Shown one piece after another: positions 12,178 to 22,832 of a DNA stretch of 63,220 nt (position 1 is the stretch's first letter; each line of letters starts with the position of its first letter). The stretch is taken from the NCBI RefSeq assembly GCF_004010195.1, contig NC_057710.1:151211478-151274697 (forward strand), read 5' to 3'. This stretch comes from Chiloscyllium plagiosum (taxonomy: Eukaryota). Made by a program: the position numbers and the translations under genes. The notes beneath the pieces are model-generated. The model saw only the letters and a list, made by a program, of their open reading frames with translations. It was not told where the DNA came from and made no database searches.

Positions 12178-13257
12178 CTAGAGTTGTAGAGATGTACAGC
12201 ACGGAAACAAACCCTTTGGTCCAACCCGTCCATGCTGGCCAGATATCCCAACCCAATCTAGTCCCACCTGCCAGGACCCGGCCCATATCCCTCCAAATCC
12301 TTCCTGTTCATATATCCATCCAAATGCCTCTTAAATGTTGCAATTGTACCAGCCTCCACCACTTCCTCTGGCAGCTCATTCCATACACGTACCACCCTCT
12401 GCGTGAAGATATTACCCGAGAGGTCTCTTTTATATCTTGCTCCTCTCACCCTAAACCTATGTCCTCTAGTTCTGGACTCCCCCATCCCAGGGAAAAGACT
12501 TTGTCTATTTACCCTATCCATGATTTTATAAACCTCTATAAGGTCACCCCTCAGCCTCCGATGCTCCAGGGAAAACAGCCCCAGCCTGTTCAGTCTCTCC
12601 CTGCAGCTCAAATCCTCCAACCCTGGCAACATCCTTGTAAATCTTTTCTGAACCCTTTCAAGTTTCACAACATCAGAAACCAGAACACCACACAATATTC
12701 CAACAGTGGCCTAATTAATGCTCTGTACAGCCACAACATGACCTCCCAACTCCTGTACTCAGTACTCTGACCAATAAAGGAAAGCATACCAAACACCTTC
12801 TTCACTATCTTATCGACCTGCGACTTTACTTTCAAGGAACTATGAACCTGCACTCCAAGGTCTCTTTGTTCAGCAACACTCCCTCAGACCTTACATTAAG
12901 AGTTTAAGTCCTGCACTGATTTGCTTTTCCAAAATGCAGCACCTCACATTTATCTAAATTAAACTCCATCTGCCACTTCTCAGCCCATCTGATCAAGCTC
13001 CTGTTGTACTCTGAGGTAACCTTCTTCGCTGTCCACTACACCTCCAATTGTGTCAAATTTAATAACTATACCTCCTATGTTCACATCCAAATAATTTATG
13101 TAAATGACAAAAAATTGATCCAAAAATGGCACTGCACTGGTCACAGCCCTCCACCACCACCCTCTGTCTTCTACCTTTGAGCCAGTTCTGTTTCCAAATG
13201 GCTAGTTCTCCCTGTATTCCATGAGATCTAACCTTGCTAACCAGTCTCCCATGGGGA
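12178..13257 (-). mobile_element. CR1/HER1 LINE 3' ~1.1 kb, ending in a fold-back
   Basis: ORFs 12258-12695 and 12665-12853 with CR1 C-terminal motifs; collinear with 39690-40615. Confidence 0.9.
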
Positions 13258-13320
13258 ACTGGTTAGCAAGGTTAGATCTCATGGAATACAGGGAGAACTA
13301 GCCATTCAGATACAGAACTG
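13183..13320. repeat. Inverted repeat (~63-bp arms) at the LINE truncation point
   Basis: aatggctagttctccctgtattccatgagatctaaccttgctaaccagt is followed by its exact reverse complement after ctcccatgggga. Confidence 0.92.
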
Positions 13321-13839
13321 AATGCAGCATTCCAACTGATCAATGAATAATTGATGCTGAAGATAGTGATGACTTGTTTGTTCAGAACAATGTTCCCCAG
13401 AGCTATGTGGTTTTACTAGTGTGACAACTGACAATTATATCTCCACTCTGAATTCTGGTTTGAAGTCACTCCATAGTCTACCTTGCTCCTATGGAATTGA
13501 GAGTTGCTGCTACCAGGCAGGAAGTTCATCACTTCGAGGCACAACAGACAGCCGATAGGCGAAAGAAAGGTAGCGGCAAACATTCCACCTCAACAGTCAG
13601 GAACAACATTTTTTGATATCCTGCCTTGATGGCAGAAAGTCAGGACTAGGTACTTTGCAGCCTCTGAATAAAAAATATCTATGCCAACCCAAAATGGGGT
13701 GATCAAATGCTGAGTGAAAAAGGTGACTTTTAAGACTGAGGGGGTTGGGAATATGTTCCTGCATGGTCTGGGTGACTAATGGCATGGCCACATATGCTAG
13801 TGTGAAGGGAATGAGGCAAGTAAATGGAATGGTTGAGAA

Positions 13840-14343
13840 AAGAAACTTGAAAGGGTTCAGAAAAGATTTACAAGGATGTTGCCAGGGTTGGAGAATTTGA
13901 GCTACAGGGAGAGGCTGAACAGGCTGGGGCTGTTTTCCCTGGAGCATCGGAGGCTGAGGGGTGACCTTATAGAGGTTTACAAAATTATGAGGGGCTCGGA
14001 TAGGACAAAGAGATAAAGTCTTTTCACTAGGGTGGGAGAATCCAGAACTAGAGGGCATAAGTTTAGGGTGTGAGGGGTAAATTATAAAAGAGTCCTAAGG
14101 GGCAACTTTTTCACGCAGAGGGTGGTATGTGTATGGAATGAGCTGCCAGAGGATGTGGTGGAGGCTGGTACAATTGCAACATTTAAGAGGCATTTGGATG
14201 GGTATATGAAAAGGAAGGGTTTGGAGGGATATGGGCTGGGTGCTGGCAGGTGGGACTAGATCAGGTTGGGATATCTGGTCAGCATGGATGGGTTGGACCG
14301 AAGGGTCCGTTTCCATGCTGTACATCTCTATGACTCTATGACT
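13840..14343 (+). mobile_element. CR1/HER1 LINE 3' end
   Basis: cttgaaagggttcagaaaagatttacaaggatgttgccagg... through ctctatgactctatgact tail; near-identical to 9228-9740. Confidence 0.9.
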
Positions 14344-15384
14344 GTAAAAGGAAGGGCTACAAAAATGGAGGCAATGCAATGGAGATATTCATGAAACGAG
14401 CAGGATTTTAAATATGAGGCATTGGTTTTTGACCCACTAATGGAGATCAGGAAAGACAGTGTGCAGGATTTCCTGTGCAACTGAACACTGGCAATGGAGT
14501 TCAAAACAAGCTGATGTTTATGGAAGGTGGCCTGTGGCTTTGGGTTTCAGTTACAGATAGGACCTTAGACTGGGTTAGGTGTTGTCAACATTCCTGTGAA
14601 AGCTGCCTTCAGACCTTTAAATGATGTTGTGAGAGAAGAAGCTGTAGGTGAAGCAGAGGAGATGAAAGAGAACTTTTTTGGGAAACTATTAAGGTCCTAG
14701 TGTGTGGGGCATAAAACAAAACTGTTGATGTAAATGGTCTGACAATGATTTGATCAGAAAGGCTGGAAACAATGTAGGACTATTCCACTGAGCAGGACAA
14801 TTAAGACACATGATGTGATTAATTCTATCGAAGGCTGTGAAGAATTTGAGAAGAACAAGGTTTGTAATAATTAGTCACAAAGGACATAATGTGTGATTTT
14901 GATAATGGCCATTATCAATGCTGTAACAGAAGTCAGCACCTAATCAAATTGATTCAATTGGAGTGGTGGGGATCAATCAGAGAATTGAGGAGGAGACAAC
15001 ATGTTCAAGGACTTTGGTGTGGAAAGGTGAGACAGAGATCAGGAGGTAAATTGCAAGGATAGTATAGGGGAAGGATTTTCAGGATGGAGAGATGACATGA
15101 ATTTATGTAGTTAAAATAATAGTCTGTTAAGACATCAGCATTAGTCTGTCCATCATCTGACTTGCTGTCCAGAATATTTTCTTATTAATGGGAAGCAAGC
15201 GTAAGAATGTGTAAGAATAGTTTATTTTGTAAATTGTGTTTATTGACTGAGAAAATTCCTTAGATAGGTTTCTGTTCTTCAATGGCACATTGATTCATTA
15301 TGGAAGAAGGTACTTAACAGACAAGTAATTACAGAGTCAAATGTACCAGTGAAATGAGATTAACCATGAATTTTCAGATATTGT

Positions 15385-16022
15385 TCCTGGATTAGTGGTG
15401 CTGGAAGAGCACAGCAGTTCAGGCAGCATCCGAGGAGCAGTAAAATTGACGTTACGGGCAAAAGCCCTTCATCAGGAATAAAGGCAGAGAGCCTGAAGGG
15501 TGGAGAGATAAAGGGAAGTTGAAATGTTGGGCCACAGAGCAGTGTGGTTGATTGGTGCAGGTGTCCCAGAGATGTTCCCTAAAGAGCTCTGCTAGGAGGC
15601 GTCCAGTCTGCCCAATGTGTAGAGGAGACCGCATCGGGAGCAACGTATACAATAAATGATATTGGTGGATATGCAGGTAAAACTTTGATGATGTGGAAGG
15701 CTCCTTTAGGGCCTTGGATGGAGGTGAGGGAGGAGGTGTGGGCGCAGGTTTTGCAATTCCTGCGGTAGCAGGGGAAGATGCCAGGATGGGAGGGTGGGTT
15801 GGAAGGAGACGTGGACCTGACCAGGTAGTCACGGAGGGAACGGTCTTTGCGGAAAGCAGAAAGGGGTGGGGAGGGAAATATATCCCTGGTGGTGGGGTCT
15901 TTTTGGAGGTGGCAGAAATGTCGGCGGATGATTTGGTTTATGCAAAGGTTGGTAGGGTGGAAGGTGAGCACCAGGGGCGTTCTGTCCTTGTTACGGTTGG
16001 AGGGGTGGGGTCTAAGGGCGGT
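15385..16022 (-). mobile_element. Penelope-like retroelement 3' fragment: Cys-rich linker, GIY-YIG endonuclease (frameshifted) and hammerhead-bearing terminal repeat
   Basis: LTFHP..AFRKDRSLRDYLVRS..PCYRRNCKTC, then FTCISTNIIYCIRCSRCGLL and IGQTGRLLAELFREHL..VAQHFN across frames. Followed by CTGATGAAGGGCTTTTGCCCGTAACGTC at 15475-15448. Confidence 0.88.
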
Positions 16023-16319
16023 GACCCATTCTATGCTAATCAGTTAAGCCTGTAAAATAACTATATTAAAGTAGCACTATCATGACACTAAATTCCTCAT
16101 TGATAAATATTAAAAACACTCATGAAATGAAAATAGTATAGTTGGCAGTTACAATTTAATAAAGTGTATAAGTTTTCACTCATTGAAAATATCACAAAAA
16201 AGACAGGTGAAGAATATCATTAAGGTATTTTAGTTTATATATCCACAAATATCTCATGGCTTCTCTCTCATTTGTAATGCTTCACACTTTGTTGGACTCT
16301 GGGAAGAGAGTATCTAATC

Positions 16320-16900
16320 ATTGTACCTTGACATTCCATTACCATCACCAAATCTACCACTGTCCACATCCTTGGGGTTATCACTGACTAGAAACTGAAC
16401 TGGATTAGCCATACGAATACAGTGCTACAAGACACGCTATGAATCTTGTGGCGATAAATTCACCTCCTGACTTCCCAAAACCTGTCCATCATCTATGAGG
16501 CACGAGTCAGGGGTATGATGGAATACTCTCTATTTTCCTGAATGTATGCAGTTTAAACAATACTTAAGAGGCTTGATAACATCCATACAAAGAAGCCTGC
16601 TTGATTGGCACCTCAGCCACAAATATTCAGTCCCTCCACAAGCAACACTCAGTTCTAGCAGTGTGTACCATGGACAAGATGCCTGATGTAAATTTACCAA
16701 GGCTTCTTAGACAACATCTGCCAAATCCATGACCATTACATGCAAGTTCCCCTCCAACCCACCCACCATCCAGATTTTGAAAGATATCATCATTCCTTCA
16801 GTGTTGCTGTGTCAAAGTGCTACAACTCTTTTCCTAACAGCTATGTAGGCCTACCTACATGATTAGCAGGTTCAAGAGTCAGCTCACCACCACCTTGAAT
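16320..16900 (+). mobile_element. Decayed LINE 3' region (L2/CR1 group)
   Basis: Remnants resembling ILGV...KLNW.SH, TIY.A.VR..MEYS and ending gcagg ttcaagagtcagctcaccaccacctt. Confidence 0.55.
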
Positions 16901-17764
16901 TCTTCATGCTTTCTCACTTTCTGCTTACCTGTTTGAAAAGGCTGCCCCATCTTCCGGGATGCCACATTTTTGCCCTTGCCTGAAATAGTATCAATCAATT
17001 AATACAAAAATCTGATATCAATACTTTAAAGAGGTCAGTTTTTATCAATGGTATAATTTAATTTTAAATGATTAAGAAGTAATGAAAATGCTAGCTAACA
17101 GGTCTATGTTGCTTTTAAATGATAAAGCATGAGAATTGCACAAGAAAATTTGTCATTTGCTTCTCGTTCTCTGTACAGTCTTCTGCTTTCTTTGACGATC
17201 AAACTGAATCAGGAAGTAAGTGATCAAGCACAAAGCAACTGCTGTGTGGTGTGTGGAATATTTAGTCAGAATTCCAAGTCCATTAACACAACTGTATTTC
17301 AGGACACAAGCCTCTACCTTGTATTTGTGCTGTATTTTCCAGCAGTGTGAACTTTGAACTCTGTCATCAATCATCACACTAGGATGTTGATGCTGATCAA
17401 GTTGCAGAAATGGGAAAATGTCAAACAAGATGATATTTTCACTCCTTAAGCAATCAGAATTTCAGTACAAAAAGAGAGAAGTTTTTGACATGTCTGTGCC
17501 AGCTTCCCTTTCAGAGAAGTTTAATTTTCCACCTCTTTACTATTTTCCATAAAAAGGAATAATAATTCTTTTTTCAACAGCAAGTTGGACATTTATCATT
17601 TTGAATAAAAAAAATTATGTGAATCTTCTCTCATGTTGTTGGTGATAATCAACAGCAAAGAAACAGACAACTGGTATTTATATAATGTCTTTAATATTGC
17701 AAAATGACACAATGTGCTTCTAAGGAGCATTGTCAAACAAAATTTGATACCTAGCAACAAAGAG

Positions 17765-17945
17765 CAGTTAGTTCATTAATATCCTACAGGGAAGGAAATC
17801 TACCACCCTTACCTGGTCTGGCCTACATGTGACCCCAGTCCCACAATGTGATTAACTCTTAGCTGTTCTCTGGGCAATGGAGGATGGGTGATGAATGCTG
17901 GTCTAGCCAGCAACACCCATGTCCCACAACAGAATAAAGAAAGAT
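17765..17945 (+). mobile_element. SacSINE1-like SINE 3' half inside an older L2-like fragment
   Basis: gggaaggaaatctaccacccttacctggtctggcctacatgtgac...gggcaatggaggatgggtgatgaatgctgg. Confidence 0.55.
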
Positions 17946-18399
17946 AAAAGACAGGTAATGAAGAAAATTTTGAACAGGATCATCTTGAAGGAGCAAAGGG
18001 TTTTAGGAAAGGGATTTTAGAATTCGGGGTCTAAGTGGATGAGGCTAAGATCACGAATGTTGGAGCAATGAAAATTTGGGATGAGGCAGGAGAGGAATTA
18101 AAAGAAGTGCTGGAGCTGGGTGCAGTCAATTTCTTTGTCTGATTTACTGTGCTGGTATTTACCCTCTCAGAGAAAGGTTAAGTTACATAATTATCTGGAC
18201 CCTGATCTAAACTTCCAGGTTACTGCAGGTACCCCAACTGACTGGAAGTCTCAACTATTCTGGCTCATGCTGCTCTGAAACAGATTGTCTAATTGGTCAG
18301 GGCTAAGAACAGTTTAGGAAGGCTTTAGAAACCATAATGTGTCCCTTGTATCCAGCTGACAGGCTGGAAATAGCCACTTATGAGAACAAAGGCTTTTTG

Positions 18400-19404
18400 T
18401 TGTGTTAATGTGTACTGATTATAATTCTCCCATCCAGCAATTGACTCAATAACAATGAAAAAGACATTAAAAAGTGGAACTAGTAATTTAATCATCATAT
18501 ATTTAATATTCTTTGCTGACACAAATGTAGATGCTTAAGTGCTTCCATGGAAATATAAATCAACTTATTTAGAACTATTTTATAATTCTGCATATCATTT
18601 GGCTAAGTACAGTGTATGGATTACCAAAAGTGCTACATCAGGACTCCAACAGCATAATATACAGAAACTTTATAGCAAAGCACAGAAAATTATTAGACAA
18701 TTCTAAAAAGGTTGGAAAGAACCTAGGATTATCAGGGTATGGTTCCACCCTACTACTTGATTTATTTATTGGAAAGTTGTAAGAAAAGTCAGCTATATGC
18801 ACCTTTTTGCCATTTTATCCAGTACTTCCCTATTGCTACGGCACAAAACAACAGGATGGAACTTGAAAAGCCTCCTAACAGCGCAGCAAGAGCGATATTG
18901 TTACAAAGCAAAAGACACTAGTGACGGGCAAAGGGGAAAAATTAATTAACATAAAATTAATTACAAAATAGAAGAAATATTTAATATGTCAGCTAGTATA
19001 TCTGTGGTTTATTTACAGCTAATGCTGTAAAATGGTTAAATTAGATATGATACTAAAAAGGCACAGCTTTCCCTTTCTTAAATACACTGTAAACGTCAGA
19101 TGTTTATGCATGCAGAAACATTTCACTTTACAAAAAAATTACCTTTAGAAAAGAGACTGTATTACAATTTTTCCTGCCAAAATATATTTCTTTCAAAAAA
19201 TACTTTTCCTCGGCCTCCTTTTAACCTTTGAACATATCCATTTTCATCTCATTAATGTAGTTCCATGTTATATCAGTCCCAAACCTTCATTAAGCATTTC
19301 TTTAGTGTGTAGCGACGTACAGGACACCAAGCCTGCTAAAATAATTTTTAAAGCCAGCAAAACATGAGGAGGAAAATTTAAGGCAAAGTTCAACTTTAAA
19401 AGGA
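18400..19404 (-). other. NR3C2: Proximal NR3C2 3' UTR (distal boundary uncertain)
   Basis: AT-rich, repeat-free sequence downstream of TGA; minus-strand AATAAA (tttatt on +) near 19008 and 18762-18770. Confidence 0.5.
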
Positions 19405-19560
19405 TCACTTCTTGTGAAAAAGAAGGGATTTGGTCATTCCTGCTGTAACCTCTGGCAACTGGTCATTGATGATCTCCACCAGCATATCCGGGAACTCAAT
19501 TTTCAGTGCCTTTGATTCCACAAATGTATAGAAACAGAACTGCAGTAGCCCACTGACCAG
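19405..19560 (-). CDS. NR3C2: Mineralocorticoid receptor last coding exon (helices 11-12/AF-2, C-terminal tail), 156 bp including stop
   Basis: Acceptor ttttccctacag. Translates [60 protein letters not shown] and DQLP are MR-like; convergence with ARHGAP10 matches known NR3C2 synteny. Confidence 0.92.
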   Translation of the reverse strand: MVSGLLQFCFYTFVESKALKIEFPDMLVEIINDQLPEVTAGMTKSLLFHKK

Positions 19561-21005
19561 CTGTAGGGAAAAGATGTGCAGAATTAGAAACAGAGTCTGA
19601 GATTTCTGCATTTGTGTCACTATTTTTAAAAATGAGCTGGCACTTCCCTTGGTGTCTTGGTTTTTCTGAACTTTATTAGTTCAACTCCATCAAGAATAGA
19701 AGGTGAAAATATTACAGTTATCCATTTAGCGTCCCTGAATCATCATGCTTAATAACTCTTCTATTGGTTTTCTTGCTGCGGTGTGATGCACAACTGGGGC
19801 CATAAGTGGTCTGCACTACTGAAAAAAACACTTGCAATACAATAGCCTTCGAACAGCACCTACAGTCATCAGTGACACAACCTCGATCTTGGCTGCTGCT
19901 TTTTATATTTTCTAAGAACAATACAGCACAAAAAAACTTGCAATTTGATTGTGTGTTGGCTCTTTGAAAGACCAGTTGAATCAGTTTCACTTCCAGCTCA
20001 GAGAATGGTTCATCACCTAGCTGAAAACCATCTTTTGTTAAGTTGAAAAATCCTACTTGACCTGGTAAGGGACAAAGTATCTGCCTGTCCCTTCGGAAAC
20101 CAGTCCTATCAAGTGTGGTGGGTATTGGGGATTTGCCAATAGTGGGAGTTCCAACTTCCTCTGCCTATAAGAAACATGGCACAAAATGGAAGCTTGCATG
20201 GTCTGGCAAATGAGATGTTCTCCAGAAGATGAGTCCAACTAGCCGTATGGCCAGCTGCCTGTATGTGAGAAATAAAAATTGAGAGAACTGCTGTTATATA
20301 CGGGAATGGGAGTAATGTGGCCAAGAAAACATGCAACACAAGAGCAAATAGGAATGGGAATTAAATGCTGGCCTTGCCAGGGACACCTACATCCCATCAT
20401 TGAATAGACAGTGGTTTCTGAGGGGCAAGTGGCAGAATACTAGCAACATTAGTTCGTGGGTGCCGAAATCACTCTACAAGCGATGAAGGAATTTGCTGGT
20501 CCCATCATAATTTGAGAGCCCCTTCATTGATCCCTTAAACTCTGACAGTGTCAGGGTGGAGGGACACTGAGAAATATAATTCAGGTCAATTTTCTGAGTC
20601 ATGGATTTTTGGCTAACTATTTCATTTTTCCCCAAATGCAAACACATTTTTCCCAAATGCAAACACATTTATAGATAATTAAAATGTTCAATTTTCACAA
20701 ATTTCCATTATAAATAGCTCTTACAAGGAGGGTGACCTACTCCTACTTTTCTTCCAATGTAACTCAATGGTGGCTCCTGGTGAGGTGTTGTATGGTAAAT
20801 TTGTGCCCTTAGGGGAAGCTGTGAGCTAAGAACAAAGCTCAGCATCTCAGCAAAAAAAGTAGTATAATTTTAAAATTGTTACCACACTGAAATAGCTGCC
20901 AGTTTCAGTTTTGTCAAGAAGCCTGATGTAATTCAATACCATGCCATTCCCTGCCATTCAATATGATGATGATATAGTTACTGCTGATGTTAATTGCTTT
21001 TTATT

Positions 21006-21322
21006 GGGTGGCATGGTGGCACAGTGGTTAGCACTGCTGCCTCACAGCGCCAGAGACCCAGGTTCAATTCCTCCCTCAGGCGACTGACTGTGTGGAGTTT
21101 GCACATTCTCCCCATGTCTGCGTGGGTTTTCTCCGGGTGCTCCGGTTTCCTCCCACAGTCCAAAAATGTGCAGGTCAGGTGAATTGGCCATGCTAAATTG
21201 TCCATAGTGTTAGGTAAGGGGTAAATGTAGGAGTATGGGTGGTTTGCGCTTCGGCGGGTTGGTGTGGACTTGTTGGGCTGAAGGGCCTGTTTCCACACTG
21301 TAAAGTAATCTAATCTAATCTA
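21006..21322 (+). mobile_element. HE1-type SINE (tRNA head, V-SINE-type core, CR1/HER1-derived tail), full length
   Basis: A/B boxes (tggcacagtgg, ggttcaattc), core gtggagtttgcacattctcccc..ggtttcctcccacagtccaaa, tail gaagggcctgtttcc and (taatc)n. Confidence 0.9.
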
Positions 21323-21826
21323 TATTTTTTTTACTATACCTCTGGAAGTGGTTCTCAGGACATTTGACATTTGAAATACTATTCCTAAACTATTGTGCAA
21401 ACTCTTCCTAGCTGAGAGGCTGGCTTGTCCATTTTTGGAGTGCAAACATGCACCAATTACAATCTACAAGATGACAGTTTGTGTCTAACAAATATCAAAC
21501 TAATAGGAACATTAAAATATAATTTCTAACTAAATTGTACTGCAAGTTGAGACTCAGAAAGCAGCAGGATATACATGACTATGGGGGCTCATACTATCAC
21601 AAACCACAGGAGAACATCACATAACTGACAATAACTTATCTCAGGAAGCACCGGCTCCAGAAACACAAAGAAACCCACTGTTTGTCAGGTTTTCTACGAC
21701 CATCAATGTAAGTCTACATTTGACTGACACCATGAGGTGTCTCATGACATCTGAACATACTCTGGTGCTCTATGAAACTCAACTCTCAATATTACCTATT
21801 TTATACTGATGTGGAGGTGCCGGTGT

Positions 21827-22832
21827 TGGACTTGAGTGGACAAAGTTAAAAACCGCACAACACCAGGTTATAGCCCAACAGGTTTATTTGGAAGTACTAG
21901 CTTTCAGCATGCTCCTCCTTCATCAGGTAGTTAGTGTGGCAGGATCATAGAACACAGAACCTAATAGCAATCTAGGTTTGTTCAATATATTGTATCAGTT
22001 GTATGACTGTGGTGTTTTGCTTTAAGTCTTTCATCTGTTAGAATGGGTTGCAGATTTTGATTCATTAATATGTAAATCCCAGAACTCCTTTCAAGTCATA
22101 TTCCCAAGATAACTTCAGGTTTTATCAAAAAAAAGCTTACATCTCAGCTCAGACAATGCAGTAAAGGTGTGAGGTTAGAGTCTGTCTGTATCCCAATCTT
22201 GAGTCAGACTGGTTCTATTTCCAAAGTAGGAATTTATAAAATATCACACAGATTGACTGCCTACAGATTGTGTGCTTTTTGAACAAAATAGAATTATCTT
22301 CAAATAAAATTCTGCAAATGCAATTTCACCCTATAGACTCATACATGTGTATGCGTACATTTGTGGAATTGTATTTGCAGACATATTCTATTTTGTTCAA
22401 GAAGCACACAATTGTGGGCAGTCAATCCATGTGACATTTTATAAATTTCTATTTTGGAAGTAGAACCAGTCTGACTCATGATCTGAATACAGACAGACTC
22501 TAACCTCGCACCTTCAATGCACTGTCGGAGCTGAGATGTCACCTTTTTTTTTTATATAACCTTAAGTTATCTCAGGAATGAGTTGAAAGCAGTTCTGGGA
22601 TTTACATATTAATGAATTGAAATCTGCAACCCACTCTAACAGATGAAAGACTTAACAGCAATCCAGGTTTGTTCAATATATCATTTCAATTGCTTGACAT
22701 TGTAATCTTTTGCTTTACATTCTGTGTTCTATGATCCTGCCCCACTAGCTACCTGATGAAGGAGCAGTGCTCTGAAAGCTAGTACTTCCAAATAAACCTG
22801 TTAGACTATAACCTGGTGTTGTGTGATTTTTA
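21827..22832. mobile_element. ~1-kb palindromic Penelope-derived element (family A inverted dimer) with hammerhead motifs near both ends
   Basis: About 21848-21960 mirrors 22720-22832 and about 22022-22320 mirrors 22358-22655. Flanks ctattttata / ctattttgta may be a degenerate TSD. Confidence 0.8.
22750..22784 (+). ncRNA. Minimal hammerhead ribozyme motif (family A)
   Basis: TAC-CTGATGA-A-GGAGC-AGT-GCTCT-GAA-AGCT-A-GTA; stem I TAC/GTA, stem II closed by G-U. Confidence 0.7.

Noticed and set aside
12192-12770. 192-aa ORF, the longest in the track, and similar + strand ORFs at 25975, 27233 and 56934
   Set aside because: Antisense frames of CR1 LINE copies, not genes.
13384-13398. AGAACA/TGTTCC half-sites as a steroid response element
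   Set aside because: Spacer is 1 nt rather than the required 3 nt.
20625-20670. Short tandem duplication (ttttcccaaatgcaaacaca x2); similar at 30060-30090
   Set aside because: Ordinary slippage duplication with no sign of function.
21006-21085. tRNA-like sequence (also at 7568, 42610 and 45279)
   Set aside because: SINE heads with A/B boxes, not complete cloverleaf tRNA genes.
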